A program made the translations under genes and the position numbers. Positions 1-12,399 of a stretch of 60,000 nucleotides of DNA are shown in pieces (position 1 is the first letter of the stretch; the number at the start of each line of letters is the position of its first letter). This stretch comes from Mobula hypostoma. Lineage: Eukaryota. The notes under the pieces are model-generated. The model was not told the origin of the DNA, did no database searches, and saw only the letters and a program-made list of their open reading frames with translations. The stretch lies in NCBI RefSeq assembly GCF_963921235.1, contig NC_086109.1, forward strand, positions 33,110,001 to 33,170,000, read 5' to 3'.

Positions 1-1310
1 GGTCTTTTTAAGGGAGTTGCTTTCTGAGTCAGCTGGGTTACTGTAATGTACTTTACAACTAGTACACATGGCAGGCCAGATGTGTTAATACTGAGGATGG
101 CCAATCTAGTGCTTTATCCTGGATGGATCACACTTCTAACCTGTTGTTTAAAGCTGCATACATCCAATCAAGAATGTCTCATCACAGCACTAACATGTGC
201 CTTGGAGATGCTGGAAAGTTATGGTGGTGGGGTGGGGGGGAGGGTTCAAAATTCAAGTCGCTCTTTGCACTGCACCAAATTTCTGATCTGCTCTTTTCAC
301 TTAGTGGTTGGGCCAGTAATGTCATAACCTCTGGTCTGATTAATCCCTGTGAATGAATTGACTGAATCAGAAGCAGAGGCTCACATTTACAAACTAATGA
401 TTTATTTGACAGATTTTCACTTTTTATTGCATCATCCACAAAAAGAGGAATCTGATAGTAATCTGTGGCATAATTTCATAATATAATGGTAAAACTAATT
501 TACAGTATAGGAGTAAAATTAAAACAGAGTTCATATAAACATAATTATCTCCAACAATGTAATTATTAAATTGTTTTAAAATGTAAATTCATTATCTTCC
601 TTATTAAAGTATGATAATGAAGTTGAAGGTATCTATTCAACCATATGTATGTTGCATAGCTAAACTATCACTGAGCAATGTGGCTGAGCCCACATCAGAA
701 CAGGACTCCATTATATCTAGGATGCATCCACAATAGTTGAAAATTTGCCTATAGCCTTCAAGGGAAGAATTCCAACAGTAGAAATTAATTTGTTTTTTCT
801 TTAACGTGCCAGAATGTTATGGGAGCATCAAAGATCCCATTTTACTCATCTGAAACTGTAATTTAATGGAAGTGCATACAGGAGAAAATGGGAAAATTGG
901 CAAAGGAGATCCCTCAATTCTTACTGGCTTGAATCCTTTGTACTTCTTGTGCTATTTAATGCATTTACTCTTTAAAGATTCCTTATCTGATGTAACTATG
1001 CTTAAGGAGCATCAGTCAATTTTATTCCAGGCATGAACCGTAAGAAAATTAACTCAAATATTAGAAAACCCAGAACAACTATTTTCTTAAAAACCTTCAG
1101 AGGTTTTCATTACATAGGTTGATTCCAAAATTGAATTTATTCACCAATTATGGGGTTGTAAAAGGTTTAGAGATTTGCAAAAAAAAAATAAAATGACGTT
1201 TATGAATTTCTTTAATTCAATATTTTTAGCGGGAGTACTACGGCATAAAAAGAAGAATATCAAATCTGCAGACTTACCCATACCTATTTGTAAGTTCACC
1301 ACGGTTAATT

Positions 1311-1950
1311 AGAGTCACAGAATCATACAGCACAGAAACAGATCTTTGGCCCAACTGGTTAATGCCTCCAAGCTAATCCCATGTGCCTGCAATTAGCTAA
1401 TAAGCTTTGAAACATTCCCTATCCATGTAGCTGTCCAATGGTCTTCGAAATGTTCTTACTGCACCTGCCTCAGCCACTTCCTCTGACAGCTGATTCCACA
1501 TACAGTACATACCACCCTCGGTGGGGGACAAAAGAATTCCCCTCATGTTTTTATTAAGTCTTTCCCCTTTCACCCTAAGCCTATGCCTTCTAGTTCTTGG
1601 TTCCCCATCCCTGGGAAAAGAAAGACTGAGTGCATTCACCCTAATTATGCCCCTCATAAATATTTATTGAGGACCTTGCTCATCATCTTCATCTCTACAT
1701 ATACAGTAGCAACCCAGTTTAGTCTTTGAAAGGCTCTATCCTCTCCCTAGTTATTCTTTTCCCTTAGTGTACTTATAAAATATCTGGATTCTCCTTAATA
1801 TTATCTCTCAAAGTCATCTCGTACTCTTGTTATTGCCGCCAAATAAAATATCCTTCTTGAGAACACTCCTACACCTCCTTCTTGCCTCTAGGGATTCACT
1901 TGATCCCAGTGTGCCTGCATCTGACCTATGCCTCCTTTCTCCTGGCCAGT
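1311..1950 (-). mobile_element. CR1 LINE 3' fragment, degenerate
   Basis: Translation ..PRTRRHRLRVKGER..WNQLSEEVAEAG..FRRPLDSYMD matches the CR1 ORF2 C-terminus; 3' tail like the other CR1 copies here. Confidence 0.8.
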
Positions 1951-3445
1951 CCACAATTTCTCATTACTTCAGTCTTCCATATCCAGGAAGAACCACCCCA
2001 GTCATGCAACAATATAATATGTTTTGTGATCTCATACCAGATTGTCCATTGTCTCCTTATACCCTACCCATTGAAGCAGACATCCAGTTTATCCGGTATT
2101 AGTTTAGGTCAGGATGATGTAATGTTTCATGCTTCAGCTGCGGATTCCTCCTACCTTGCTCAACACTGCAAATGACATTTACCTTGTTTTCCCATTGATC
2201 TTTTTGAAAAGAGGCAGATATTTAAAATGCCATTGACCTGAAATCTTAATTCTTGTTTCTTTCTCCACAGATGCAGACTACTTACAGATTTTGTTTGTTT
2301 TATTTCAAGTCGAATACCTTGAAAACTTCGCAAAAGCTGTGGGTATTTTGTCCTTGAAACCATTTGATTACCTTTAAATGGAAACTCATTTAACTGTTCA
2401 CAACAGCCTTCAAGCACTACTGTTACAATTATTTCCACCCCTCCACCTCCATCACCCTCCTCAGTGGTACATCGTCGATTCAAGTTATTTAATTATTATA
2501 ACCACTAATCTTGGAGAGGTCTAGTCAGTATGCTAGTAATGTATGAGGGTCAGTGGCCTTATTACTATGGTGAATTAACTGGAGAATTATCCCCCTGAAT
2601 AAAATATTTGAAGCTTGAAACTAAGGACAAAATATCAACACCAGTTCAGCATTGAGATTTGAACCTTTTGTCTGGTTTCAAGATGAAATGACAAAATGAA
2701 ACCTTAGGTTAGAAATCTGGCCATTTTGTACTCATAATAATTAACCTAAATAAGCAGAATCTGAAATATACAGCAAAACAGCCCATGCAGAGATTTAATC
2801 AAGAGCTGCTCATCTATTTAAAGTGTCCTTGAATTGAAAGTAATAACTTAACTGAATTTCAGCCTCACTAGAATAATGAAGTAGATTAAAGGACCAATGG
2901 CATTGGAATGGACATTTATGTTTTCATGTGTTCTCACTGATGGCAACACCGAACCTTTTGTAAAAATAACAGTACATTCTATACGGACAGCTGGAAGTTT
3001 AAGAATGAGAAAAATACATACTGCAAATTTTACGAAAATACAACAGAGAAATTAATTTGATGTTTGACTTCAGTTGTTCTGTTGTTGAATTAGCTCCTCA
3101 GTAATTAACAGTAATTTTACTTCAAATTTTATCACCAATATGAACTTAATAACAATATACTAATGATGATCAAATCATTTCTTTGAAACTTTCCATACCT
3201 TTAAGGCTGGAAAAAAAGGAATAGTATAGAAATGGCAGCTTCAAATTATCTCTTGGTGTTCATTAGATTAAATCAAAACACAGTAAACATTGTGCTTGAA
3301 CTCATATGCCCCTCACATGTTTGCTATTTGAAAAACCAATATTAAAATAATATACAAGTTAAAGCAATTTCAAAAGCTCCAAACATTAGTCGTTAATCTA
3401 TCAATAAAACTGAATATATTTCAGGAACTGATGTTCTGGTCTTTA

Positions 3446-3657
3446 ACAACACAAACAAAACACTGGAGGAACTCAGCAAGCCAGATAGCATCTATGGAAA
3501 TAAGTACAGTCGACGTTTCGGGCCGAAACCCTTTGGTAGGACCACCTGAAACATCAACTGCAATTTTTTCCATAGCTGCTGCCTGGCCTGCTGAGTTCCT
3601 CCACCATTTTGTGTGTTTTGCTCAGATTTCCAGCATCTGCAAATTTTCTCTTGTTTT
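3446..3657. mobile_element. short fold-back element derived from Penelope pseudo-LTR ends
   Basis: About 75-bp imperfect inverted arms (ggaggaactcagca..tatggaaa / tttccatag..tgctgagttcctcc), similar to the pLTR ends at 27361-27400 and 28860-28916. Confidence 0.75.
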
Positions 3658-4251
3658 TTAGTCTTTAACTTCACTTTAGATTTTACAACTGTGTAGATTT
3701 CCTGTCAAGTTCAGAGATCGCCATGGAAATTATTTGATTAGGAAGTTTAGTTAGAGTACAAAAACTATCTTTAATTTTACACAGAATACAACAAAACCAA
3801 TACTGTGGTGAATATCAGAAGAGTACTTGAGCTGACTGCTGAGATCCTGTTGGAGTTATGCTGCAAAGTATCTGTTAAAGAATAAAGTAGAAGTAGTAAG
3901 TTGCTTGTATTTTCACTTATGAAATAATGACATAACTTCTTGTAGTTAAAAATACTGAGAGTGGTATAGTTTCAACAGTTGTGTTTGTCACTGCTGCCCC
4001 ACCTCGTTCACAGTCAATGCAAGGAAATTCACTGAGCAATGGCCCTAAACAAAATGCTCCACCTGTCTCTACTTTTGTTGAATTGGTTTATATTAGTCAT
4101 CCTTAATAAAGTTACATTTCTAATTTAGATCGGATCTGAAATCATACTTTCCATGTTGCTTTTGCATCTGGATAAGAAGTTGCATTTGTTACTCGAGTTT
4201 AGTTTTCCTGTCATTGAACTAACTCTGCAGAATACTCAATCAGTGTTCAAA

Positions 4252-4252
<1 letters not shown>

Positions 4253-4289
<37 letters not shown>
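4253..4289. repeat. (CA)n microsatellite
   Basis: About 18 CA units. Confidence 0.98.
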
Positions 4290-4292
<3 letters not shown>

Positions 4293-4485
4293 TGTTTTTG
4301 GCAACTGTTTTAAGGATCTTTGGTTTTATAAAGCAGACCAGGTTCAATGTACACGTGACACTCTGTTAAAGTGCCTTTTCTGAGCAGTAACTATTTATGC
4401 CACCATTGTTTGTAAGATTTGCAGTCAGCGATTAGTTACACTACAGGTTTAAGTTCTAAACGGGGGCAAGGCAAACTTTGTTGGT

Positions 4486-4491
4486 TTTATT
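4486..4491 (-). promoter_or_regulatory. candidate polyadenylation signal for the short PI16-like transcript
   Basis: AATAAA on the minus strand about 230 nt after the stop at 4724. Confidence 0.35.
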
Positions 4492-4723
4492 CAGGAGTTT
4501 GCAAGGTTTGATAGCAAGTTGAGACTTTTAAAAGTGAGATAGTAGCTCCAGCTCTGCAGGTTCTTCTTAGAGTAGAGGGAAAAGTATACATATATCTAAA
4601 CTCTCAGAAATTCCATCTTTGTGAAGAGAAGAGTATTCAGATTGGCGAGAATGGAATTCACCTGAGTTCAGAAGAACGAAAGTGGGCAAGGAGCAGCTGG
4701 ACATGAAAAGAGAAATAACAATG

Positions 4724-5160
4724 TTAGCAGAGATCATTTCGTTTCTTACCATTTTTTGTTGAATCGGACTTGAGCCCTGGTTTTGGCACCAGTTTTCTCC
4801 TTGACCCAACCTCTGACTTTCTCCTCGGCTCCAACATGGGTTCCAGTGTAGATTCTGTTTCCTGGCTCAGGTCCAGGTTTGCCTCTGGCTCTGCCCTTGG
4901 ATCCACCTTGGGTTCAGGTTTTGCCTCTGGCTCTAGGCTTGGTTCAGGTTTTGCCTCTGGCTCTAGGCTTGGTTCAGGTTTTGCCTCTGGCTCTAGGCTT
5001 GGTTCAGGTTTTGCCTCTGGCTCTAGGCTTGGTTCAGGTTTTGCCTCTGGCTCTAGGCTTGGTTCAGGCTTGGCTTCCAACTCTGGTTTTTCTTCTACCT
5101 TTGGTATCGGTGATGGTTCTGGAGGTGTCTCTGGCCCTGAATTGAGATCCTGCTCAGATG
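4724..5160 (-). CDS. PI16: PI16-like coding exon 5 (Pro/Glu-rich repetitive stalk), read to the in-frame stop
   Basis: tttgttttacag acceptor. Phase 1 joins exon 4 in frame: TSEQDLNSGPETPPEPSP..(EAKPEPSLEP)n..KSDSTKNGKKRNDLC*. An internal donor at 4749 could end the exon at 4750 instead. Confidence 0.75.
4911..5078. repeat. coding 30-bp tandem repeat (5 perfect units plus a partial unit)
   Basis: Unit GGTTCAGGTTTTGCCTCTGGCTCTAGGCTT is perfect at 4911-5060, with degenerate flanks; encodes EAKPEPSLEP on the minus strand. Confidence 0.97.
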
Positions 5161-5385
5161 CTGTAAAACAAATTTAAAAAACCAACTTCTAAGCTTATTT
5201 TAAAATCACTTCCTCTGATTTTGTGAGATTCTCCCCTTGCTAGGTAGCTAGATTTGAATGTTGCTTTTTATGAACCAGTCCTAACTGTACAGAAGTCAGC
5301 AAGGGTTGACAAGATCATTTTACTGTGAGGTAAAGCCGTACTTTTCAAAACATAAAATTGTTTCCAGAGGCATGACATTCATTTT

Positions 5386-8300
5386 AGAGTCATAGAGAAG
5401 TACAGCACAGAAACAGGCCCTTCAGCCATCTGGACAGTGCCAAAACCATTTAAACTGCCTACTCCTATCGACATGAGTAGGGGACATAGCCCTTGATACA
5501 ACCACCATCCATGTACCTATCCAAACTTCTCTTAGGTGTTGAAATCAAGCTCGCATGCACCACTTGTGCATAGCAGTTCATTCCACACTCTCATGACCCT
5601 CTGAGTGAAGAAGTTTCCCCTCATGTTCCTTTAAACTTCCAACTTTCACCCTTAACCCATAACCTCTCGCTGAAGTCCCACCCAACCTCAGTGGAAGAAG
5701 CCTGCCTGCTTTGACCCAATCTGTACACTTCATAATTTTGTATACCTCAATCAAATTTCCTCTCAGTTTTCTACATTCTTAAGAATACAGTCCTAACCTT
5801 TTGAATCTTTCCTTATAACTCAGGTACTCCAAACCCAGCAACATCCTTGTAACTTTTCTCTGTACCCTTTCAACTTTGCTTTTATCTGTCCTGTAGATAG
5901 ATGACGAAACCTGCACAGAATACTCCAAAGTAGGCTTCACCAACATCTTATAAAACTTAACATAAATCCCATTGCCTATACTCAGTGCATTGATTTATCA
6001 AGGCCAATGTGCCAAAAGCTTTCTTTACAACCGTATCTACTGTACTTGTGATGCCATTTTCAATGAATTATGGATCTATATTCCTAGATCCCTTTGTTCT
6101 ACCACACTCCTCAGTGCCCTACCATTCACTGTGACAGAGCTACTCTGGGTGGTCCTACTGGAGGGCAAAAACTCACATATGTCTGCATCAAATTCTATCT
6201 GCCACTTTAATCCCATTTTTTCAGTTGTTGCAAGTCCCTCTGCAAGCCATGATAGACTTCCTCACTGTCCTAGCTTGGTGCCATCCACAAATTTAGTGAT
6301 CCAGTTAGCCACATTATCATCCAGATCATTGATATAGGTGACAAGCAGCAAACAACCCAGCACTGCTCCCTGCGGCACAGCACTAGTCACAGGCCTCCAA
6401 TCAGAGAGGCAATCCTCTACTACCAGTCTTTGACTTCTCCCATAAAACCAATGTCTAATCCAATTTACTACCTCATCCTGAATGCTAAGTGACTGAACCT
6501 TCTTGACCAGCCTCCTATGCAGGTCCTTGTCAAGTGCCTCACTAAAGTCCATGTAGACAACATCCACTGCCTTGCCTTCATCCATTTTCCTGGTAACTTC
6601 CTCAAAAAACTCTAAGATTGGTTAGACATGAACTACCATGCACAAAGTCATGCTGGATATCCTTAATCAGTCCATGTACTTAGTCCAAATACTTACAGTA
6701 TATATCCGGTCCCTTAGAATATCTCCCAAAAGCTTTCCCATAACTGAAGTCAGACTCATCGGCCTATAATTTCGTGGTTTATGTTTGGAGCCTTTTTGTA
6801 TACAGCAGAACAATATTGGATATCTTCCAATCCTCTGGCACCTCCCCTGTCGCTAAAAGGGCCCCAGCAGTTTCTGCACTTGCCTCCCGTATGGTCCGAG
6901 GGAATACCTTGTCAGGCCCTGGGGATTTTCCCACCCTGATTTGCTTCATGGTAGCAAATACTTCCTCTTCTGTAAACTGTACATTGTCCATGAAGTTGAT
7001 GCCACTTTGCCTCACTTCTATAGATGCCATGTCCCTCTCCTAAGTAAATACAGATGCAAAGAATTCATTTAAGGTCTCCCCCATCTGTTCTGGCTTCACA
7101 TGCGGAGTACCATTCTGGTCTTCCAGAGACCAATTTTGTCCCTTGCAATCCTTTTGCTCTTAACATATCTGTAGAATTCCTTAGGATTGTCCTTCACCTT
7201 GTCTGCTAGAGCAACTTCATGCCTTACTTTAGCCTTCCCTTCCTGATTTCTTTCTTAGGTGTTTTTTTGTATTTTTTGTATTTTTTGTATTCCATAAGCA
7301 CCTCATTTTTTTCCTACTTGCCTATACCTACTATGCACCGACTTTTTATTCTTAACCAGGACCTCAATAGCTCTTGAAAACCAAGGTTCCCTACACCCAA
7401 CATTTGTAACCTTTTCCTTTTATTCTACCAGGCACATACACAGGTTGTGCTCTCAAAACTTCCCACTTACCAAGGACAGCTTTGGCAGAAAACAGAAAAC
7501 AGAATCCACACATGCCAGATCATTTCTGACACCATCAAAATTGGCCTTTCTCCAATTTAGAATCTCAGACCTATTTTGTTATATTTACTTTGAAACTAAT
7601 GGCATTGTGGTCACTAGGTGCAAAGTGTTCCCTGACACAAACTTCTGTCACCTACTCTGTCTCATTTCCTAATAGCAGATATCATGCTCTCACTCATTGG
7701 GCCTTCTACATACTGATTAAGGAAACTTTCCTGAACACACTCAACAAACTTTATTCCACCTAGTCCTCTTACAGTATGGGTGTCCCAATCAACATGTGGA
7801 AAATTAAAATCACCCACTATAACAACCTTATGTTTCTTGCAACAGTCTACAACCTCTTGACAAATTTGTTGCTCCAAGTCACTAGGACTGTTGAGTGATC
7901 AGTAATATAGCCCCACTGATGTTGTCGTGCATTCCTTATGCCTCAGTTCCACCCATAACACCTCACCAGATGAGTTCCCCTGTCAGTCCTGCCAGAGCAC
8001 TGCCATGACATTTTCCCTGACTGGTAATGCCACCCCTCGCTCTTTAAACCCTCCCAATCTGAAACATCTAAAACATGGAAACCCCGGAATATTAAGATGC
8101 CAGTCCTGCCCCTCCTGTACCAGTCTCAGTAATGGCTACAACGTCATAATTCCAAGTGTTGATCCATGCTCTGAGCTCATCCGCCTTTCCTGCGATATTT
8201 CTTGCATTGAAGTATATGCAGCTCAGGGTACTAGTCACACCATGCTCAACCTTTTGATTCCTGACTTTGTCTGAGGTCTTACCAACATGTCTCCGCAACC

Positions 8301-9590
8301 TCTCCACCAACTGTTCTGACACTGTGCTTCCCATCCCCCAACAACTCTAGTTTAGGTCCCACCGTGCAGCATTAACAAATCTTTCTGTTAGGAAATTAGA
8401 CCCCCTCCAGTTCAGGTGTAAGCTGTCCCTTCTGTACAGGTCCCACCTTCCCTGGAAGAGAGAAACCCAATGATCCAAAAATCGTATACCCTCCCTCTAC
8501 ATCAACTCCTCAGCCATGTGTTAAGCTGTATAATCTTCCTAGTTCTGGCCTCACTATAACGTAGCACGGGTCACAACCCGGAGATCACAACCCTGGAGGT
8601 CCTGTCCTTTAACTTAGCACCTAATTCCCTGAACTTCTTATGCAGAACCTGTCATTCGTCCTACCCACATCATTGGTGCCTACATGGACCACAACCTCTG
8701 GCAGTTCACTCTCCCACTTTAGAATTTTCCGGACCTTGGCACCTGGGAGGCAACTTACAATCCAGGAATCTCTTTCTCACCCAAAGAATCTCCTGTCCAT
8801 TCCCATGACTAATGAATCCTCTATCACCACAGAGTGCCTCTTCTGAGTTACAGAGGCAAACTCAGTGCCAGAGACCTGACTGCTACAACTTTCTTCTGTT
8901 AGGTCATCACCCGCCCTTCCCCAACTCATCCAAAGTGGGACAACTGTTGTTGAGAAGGATGGCCACAGGAGTACTCTGCACTGTCTCCTTCAACCCTTTC
9001 CCCATCCTAATTGTCACCTGGTTTCCCGTGCCCAGCACCTTGGGCGTAACTACCTCTCTACATGCCCCATCTATCATCCCCTCAGCCTCCCGAATGAGCT
9101 GGAGTTCATCCAGTTCCAGCTCCAAATCCTTAACGCGGATTGTTCAAAGCTGCAGCTGGATGCACTTCTCACAGTTGTAGTCGTCAGGGACACTGGAGGT
9201 CTCCCTGCCTTCCCACATCCCGCAAGAGGAGCATTCAACTATCTGGCCTGGCATTGCTACTGTCCTAACTGAGCAGATGTAGAAAAGGGAAAGAAAAAAA
9301 ATTACCTAGAGCTTTTCTTTTTCGCCTTCTCTGGCTGAAGTCTCAAAGGGCTAAAGCCTCAAGGTCCACTCTAACGCTGTCCACTCAGATGATGGCCGCA
9401 GCAATGGCCTCTGCCTTCCTTTAATTTGTTCTTGCTAATCAATCCCAAAGGCCGATTGGTCGCTGGTCAGAGTTGAAATAAGTTGCTGCGATCCAGTGCT
9501 GCCTTTTCTACTCGGGCAGTGGACCTGAGTGAAATCCCCTCCTTGCAAACTTCTGATGTCCAGATTGGTCGATGGTCAGAGCTCAAAATT
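5386..9590 (-). mobile_element. near full-length decayed CR1 LINE (5' UTR, ORF1 Zn-finger/coiled-coil/esterase, ORF2 EN-RT)
   Basis: Fragments LELELDELQLIREAEG (ORF1), CIYFNARNIAGKADELRAWI and VGDFNFP (EN), VDVVYMDFS, VPQGAVLG and KFVD (RT); many frameshifts. Confidence 0.92.
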
Positions 9591-10309
9591 TTCTTAAGAT
9601 GTAACTGAAGTCTGCTCAGTTATAAGTACAATATGGAGGGGAGACTGCATCTTTACAGTTCCACTATGTTCAGCTCCAACTATACTTTCAATCAAACCTC
9701 CTCATTTCAGCCCACTGAAGGACTTGGGTAACATTTAGGGTTTGTTTGAAAACAAGTAATAGGGAATATTTACACAAAGGGTAAAAGGGATTTGAACTCG
9801 AGAACCCAGTACCCACCCTGCAAATTGCCTTATCCAAAAGCTCCTTTTTGGAAAGCGCTATAGGGATACTAAAACAAAAACCTCACACCAGTTTAACAAT
9901 TTCTTCCCCCCGCCCTTCCACCCCAGGCAGTTAATCTGATAAAACATTCTGGTTAGCCCTTCACTGTACTGTAGCACTTTAAATCACTGTATATAATGCT
10001 GTTTACATTGTAAATACATGCTGGTATTTATGTACTTATACATATTTTATCCCACATCCAACATTTAACCTCTAAGTATAATTCTTTATTTTTTATAGTT
10101 GTTGAATGTTGGTGTTTTCTGTTGCATGCTGTGGCCTCAGCAACACACCACAGTAAATTCTCAATACATGTTAAATATTAATGTGAATGAAGTTGATTCT
10201 TGAACCTTGGTAACTCAGCCATTGTTCACTAACCTTGCACAACATCACCAATATCTTAGAACCACAATTGAACTGGTAACCAAATTAAAAGATGCACCTG
10301 TCCTAATTT

Positions 10310-10625
10310 GGGTGTAGAGTGGAGATACGTCTCTACCAAAGGAGGTGTAAGGGGCTCCTTCCCTCCACTAGTCTGCAGGTCACCCTTGGGCAAGGTGTAG
10401 CACCTGCTTAGCCCCCCCCACCCAGGGCCACCTGATCAGAGTCACATGAGCCACGGGAGTGGGAGGTGGACGGTCGTTGAGCAGCTGATCCACATCACAA
10501 GTCCTGGTTATCTGACCACTGACGCCAAGCAGACAATCTCTGAAGAGTATTGATAATGGCTGGGGTCACCCATCTTGGAATGGCAAACCATGTCATAAGA
10601 CACGGTACATAATGAATGAATGAAC
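10310..10625 (+). mobile_element. unclassified SINE-like repeat with (ATGA)n tail
   Basis: GC-richer 315-bp block with a 5' hairpin (agtggag/ctccact, aaggag/ctcctt), an RTE-like atggcaaacca motif and a short ATGA tail. Confidence 0.5.
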
Positions 10626-10924
10626 CCACCCTAATTAACATTGTGGCAACAACTACAGCATGGTGGAATTTGAGTCCTCAGTAATGAATATATTGCCTCC
10701 CACACCATCAAAGCTATCTAAAAGCTTTCCAGTACATACTCTCCATTCATATGGACAAGCACAGCTGCAAAGCTCAAGAACCTCAGCACAATCAAGGCTT
10801 TAGTGGCTCATTAAATTCCCATACCCACTCGCTATGGTAGCAAGGCCAGGTGGCTGCCACAATTAGCAGCTTACTATCTCCTTCTGGTGTTCTGCCTCCT
10901 TCCCCTTCTCCCATGGTCCACTCT

Positions 10925-11676
10925 AGAAACATAGAAACATAGAAAATAGGTGCAGGAGTAGGCCATTCGGCCCTTTGAGCCTGCACCGCCATTTGTTATG
11001 ATCATGGCTGATCATCCAACTCAGAACCCTGCCCCAGCCTTCCCTCCATACCCCCTGACCCCCGTAGCCACAAGGGCCATATCTAACTCCCTCTTAAATA
11101 TAGCCAATGAACTGGCCTCAACTGTTTCCTGTGGCAGAGAATTCCACAGATTCACCACTCTCTGTGTGAAGAAGTTTTTCCTAATCTCGGTCCTAAAAGG
11201 CTTCCCCTTTATCCTCAAACTGTGGCCCCTTGTTCTGGACTTCCCCAACATCGGGAACAATCTTCCTGCATCTAGCCTGTCCAATCCCTTTAGGATTTTA
11301 TACGTTTCAATCAGATCCCCCCTCAATCTTCTAAATTCCAATGAGTACAAGCCCAGTTCATCCAGTCTTTCTTCATATGAAAGTCCTGCCATCCCAGGAA
11401 TCAATCTGGTGAACCTTCTTTGTACTCCCTCTATGGCAAGGATGTCTTTCCTCAGATTAGGGGACCAAAACTGCACACAATACTCCAGGTGTGGTCTCAC
11501 CAAGGCCTTGTACAACTGCAGTAGTACCTCCCTGCTCCTGTACTCGAATCCTTTCGCTATAAATGCCAGCATACCATTCGCCTTTTTCACCGCCTGCTGC
11601 ACCTGCATGCCCACTTTCAATGACTGGTGTATAATGACACCCAGGTCTAGTTGCACCTCCCCTTTTCCTAATCGGC
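10925..11676 (-). mobile_element. young 5'-truncated CR1 LINE, inserted in a Penelope pLTR remnant (~10870-11835)
   Basis: Uninterrupted 211-aa ORF2 C-terminus (LYKALVRPHLEYCVQFWSP..FFTQRVVNLWNSLP) with a (TTTCTATG)n tail. Flanks rejoin as ccatggtccactct|cctctcccatcagattcc. Confidence 0.95.
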
Positions 11677-12399
11677 CCCTCTCCCATCAGATTCCTCCTT
11701 CATCAGCCCTTTACCTTTTCTACCCATTAACTCACAGCTTCTCACTTCACACGCTCCTCCACCCACCTACCTACCCCCTCACATGGCTTCTCCTTCTAAC
11801 CTGTACTCCTTCCCCTCTCCCACCTTCTAATTCAGGATTCTGCCGGTTGCAAGGCGGAGATTATGGATTCTTGCTTATCTACACAGGTGGTTCTAAAGGT
11901 CTAGTGACAAGTCACACAGGTATTTCTGAAATGTTCCAAAGTTTCAGGTAACTATTTAAAATGAGTATCAGACAAAATATCAGTATTCACATCTGAGATT
12001 GTTACTATCATTTTAGCCTTGGTATGGGCCAAAGAAGTACGTCCTGATTATGTATTTCTGCACTCTGACTCATTCTCGTTCTTGTCATCTATGAAAACAG
12101 GAACTCCAAATCGCTGGCCAGACAATTCTTCTTGAGATTGGACTACATCTGCTGAGGTTGCAGAGTCTAGGCCTGTGTACACATTTCATGTGGGTTCCTG
12201 CCCGTGCTGGGATTGAAGGAATTGAGATGGCAGACGTTCTTGCTTAAAATTAAGTATATATCAGTGTAGTGGTGTATTTGCATGAGGAGGAGCTGAAAGC
12301 CATAATTTTAAAAACCTGTTCAATCACCACGCCAACAAAGTTGAGATAAGGAAAAGAAAGGACGGCATTTATATAAAATTCGGATGACGATGGGAACTC

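Noticed and set aside
182..462. Phase-compatible open frame as a further PI16 exon
   Set aside because: Weak pyrimidine tract and no recognisable similarity or GPI-like tail; not excluded, but unsupported.
4697..4749. Mini-intron using the pyrimidine tract and AG at 4698
   Set aside because: 53 nt is shorter than typical vertebrate introns, and it would add only AAPCPLSFF*.
4911..5060. 30-bp repeats as a CRISPR-like array
   Set aside because: Head-to-tail units with no spacers, in a eukaryotic coding exon.
4770..5177. Plus-strand ORFs (GSGFASGSRL)n and (LVQVLPLALG)n
   Set aside because: Antisense shadows of the PI16 repeat exon; the splice signals and phase fit only the minus strand.
10310..10600. 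HDV-like ribozyme in the RTE-like SINE
   Set aside because: Only nested hairpins were found; the double pseudoknot could not be built by eye.
10998..11951. 317-aa plus-strand ORF
   Set aside because: Antisense frame of the CR1 ORF2 fragment running into pLTR sequence.
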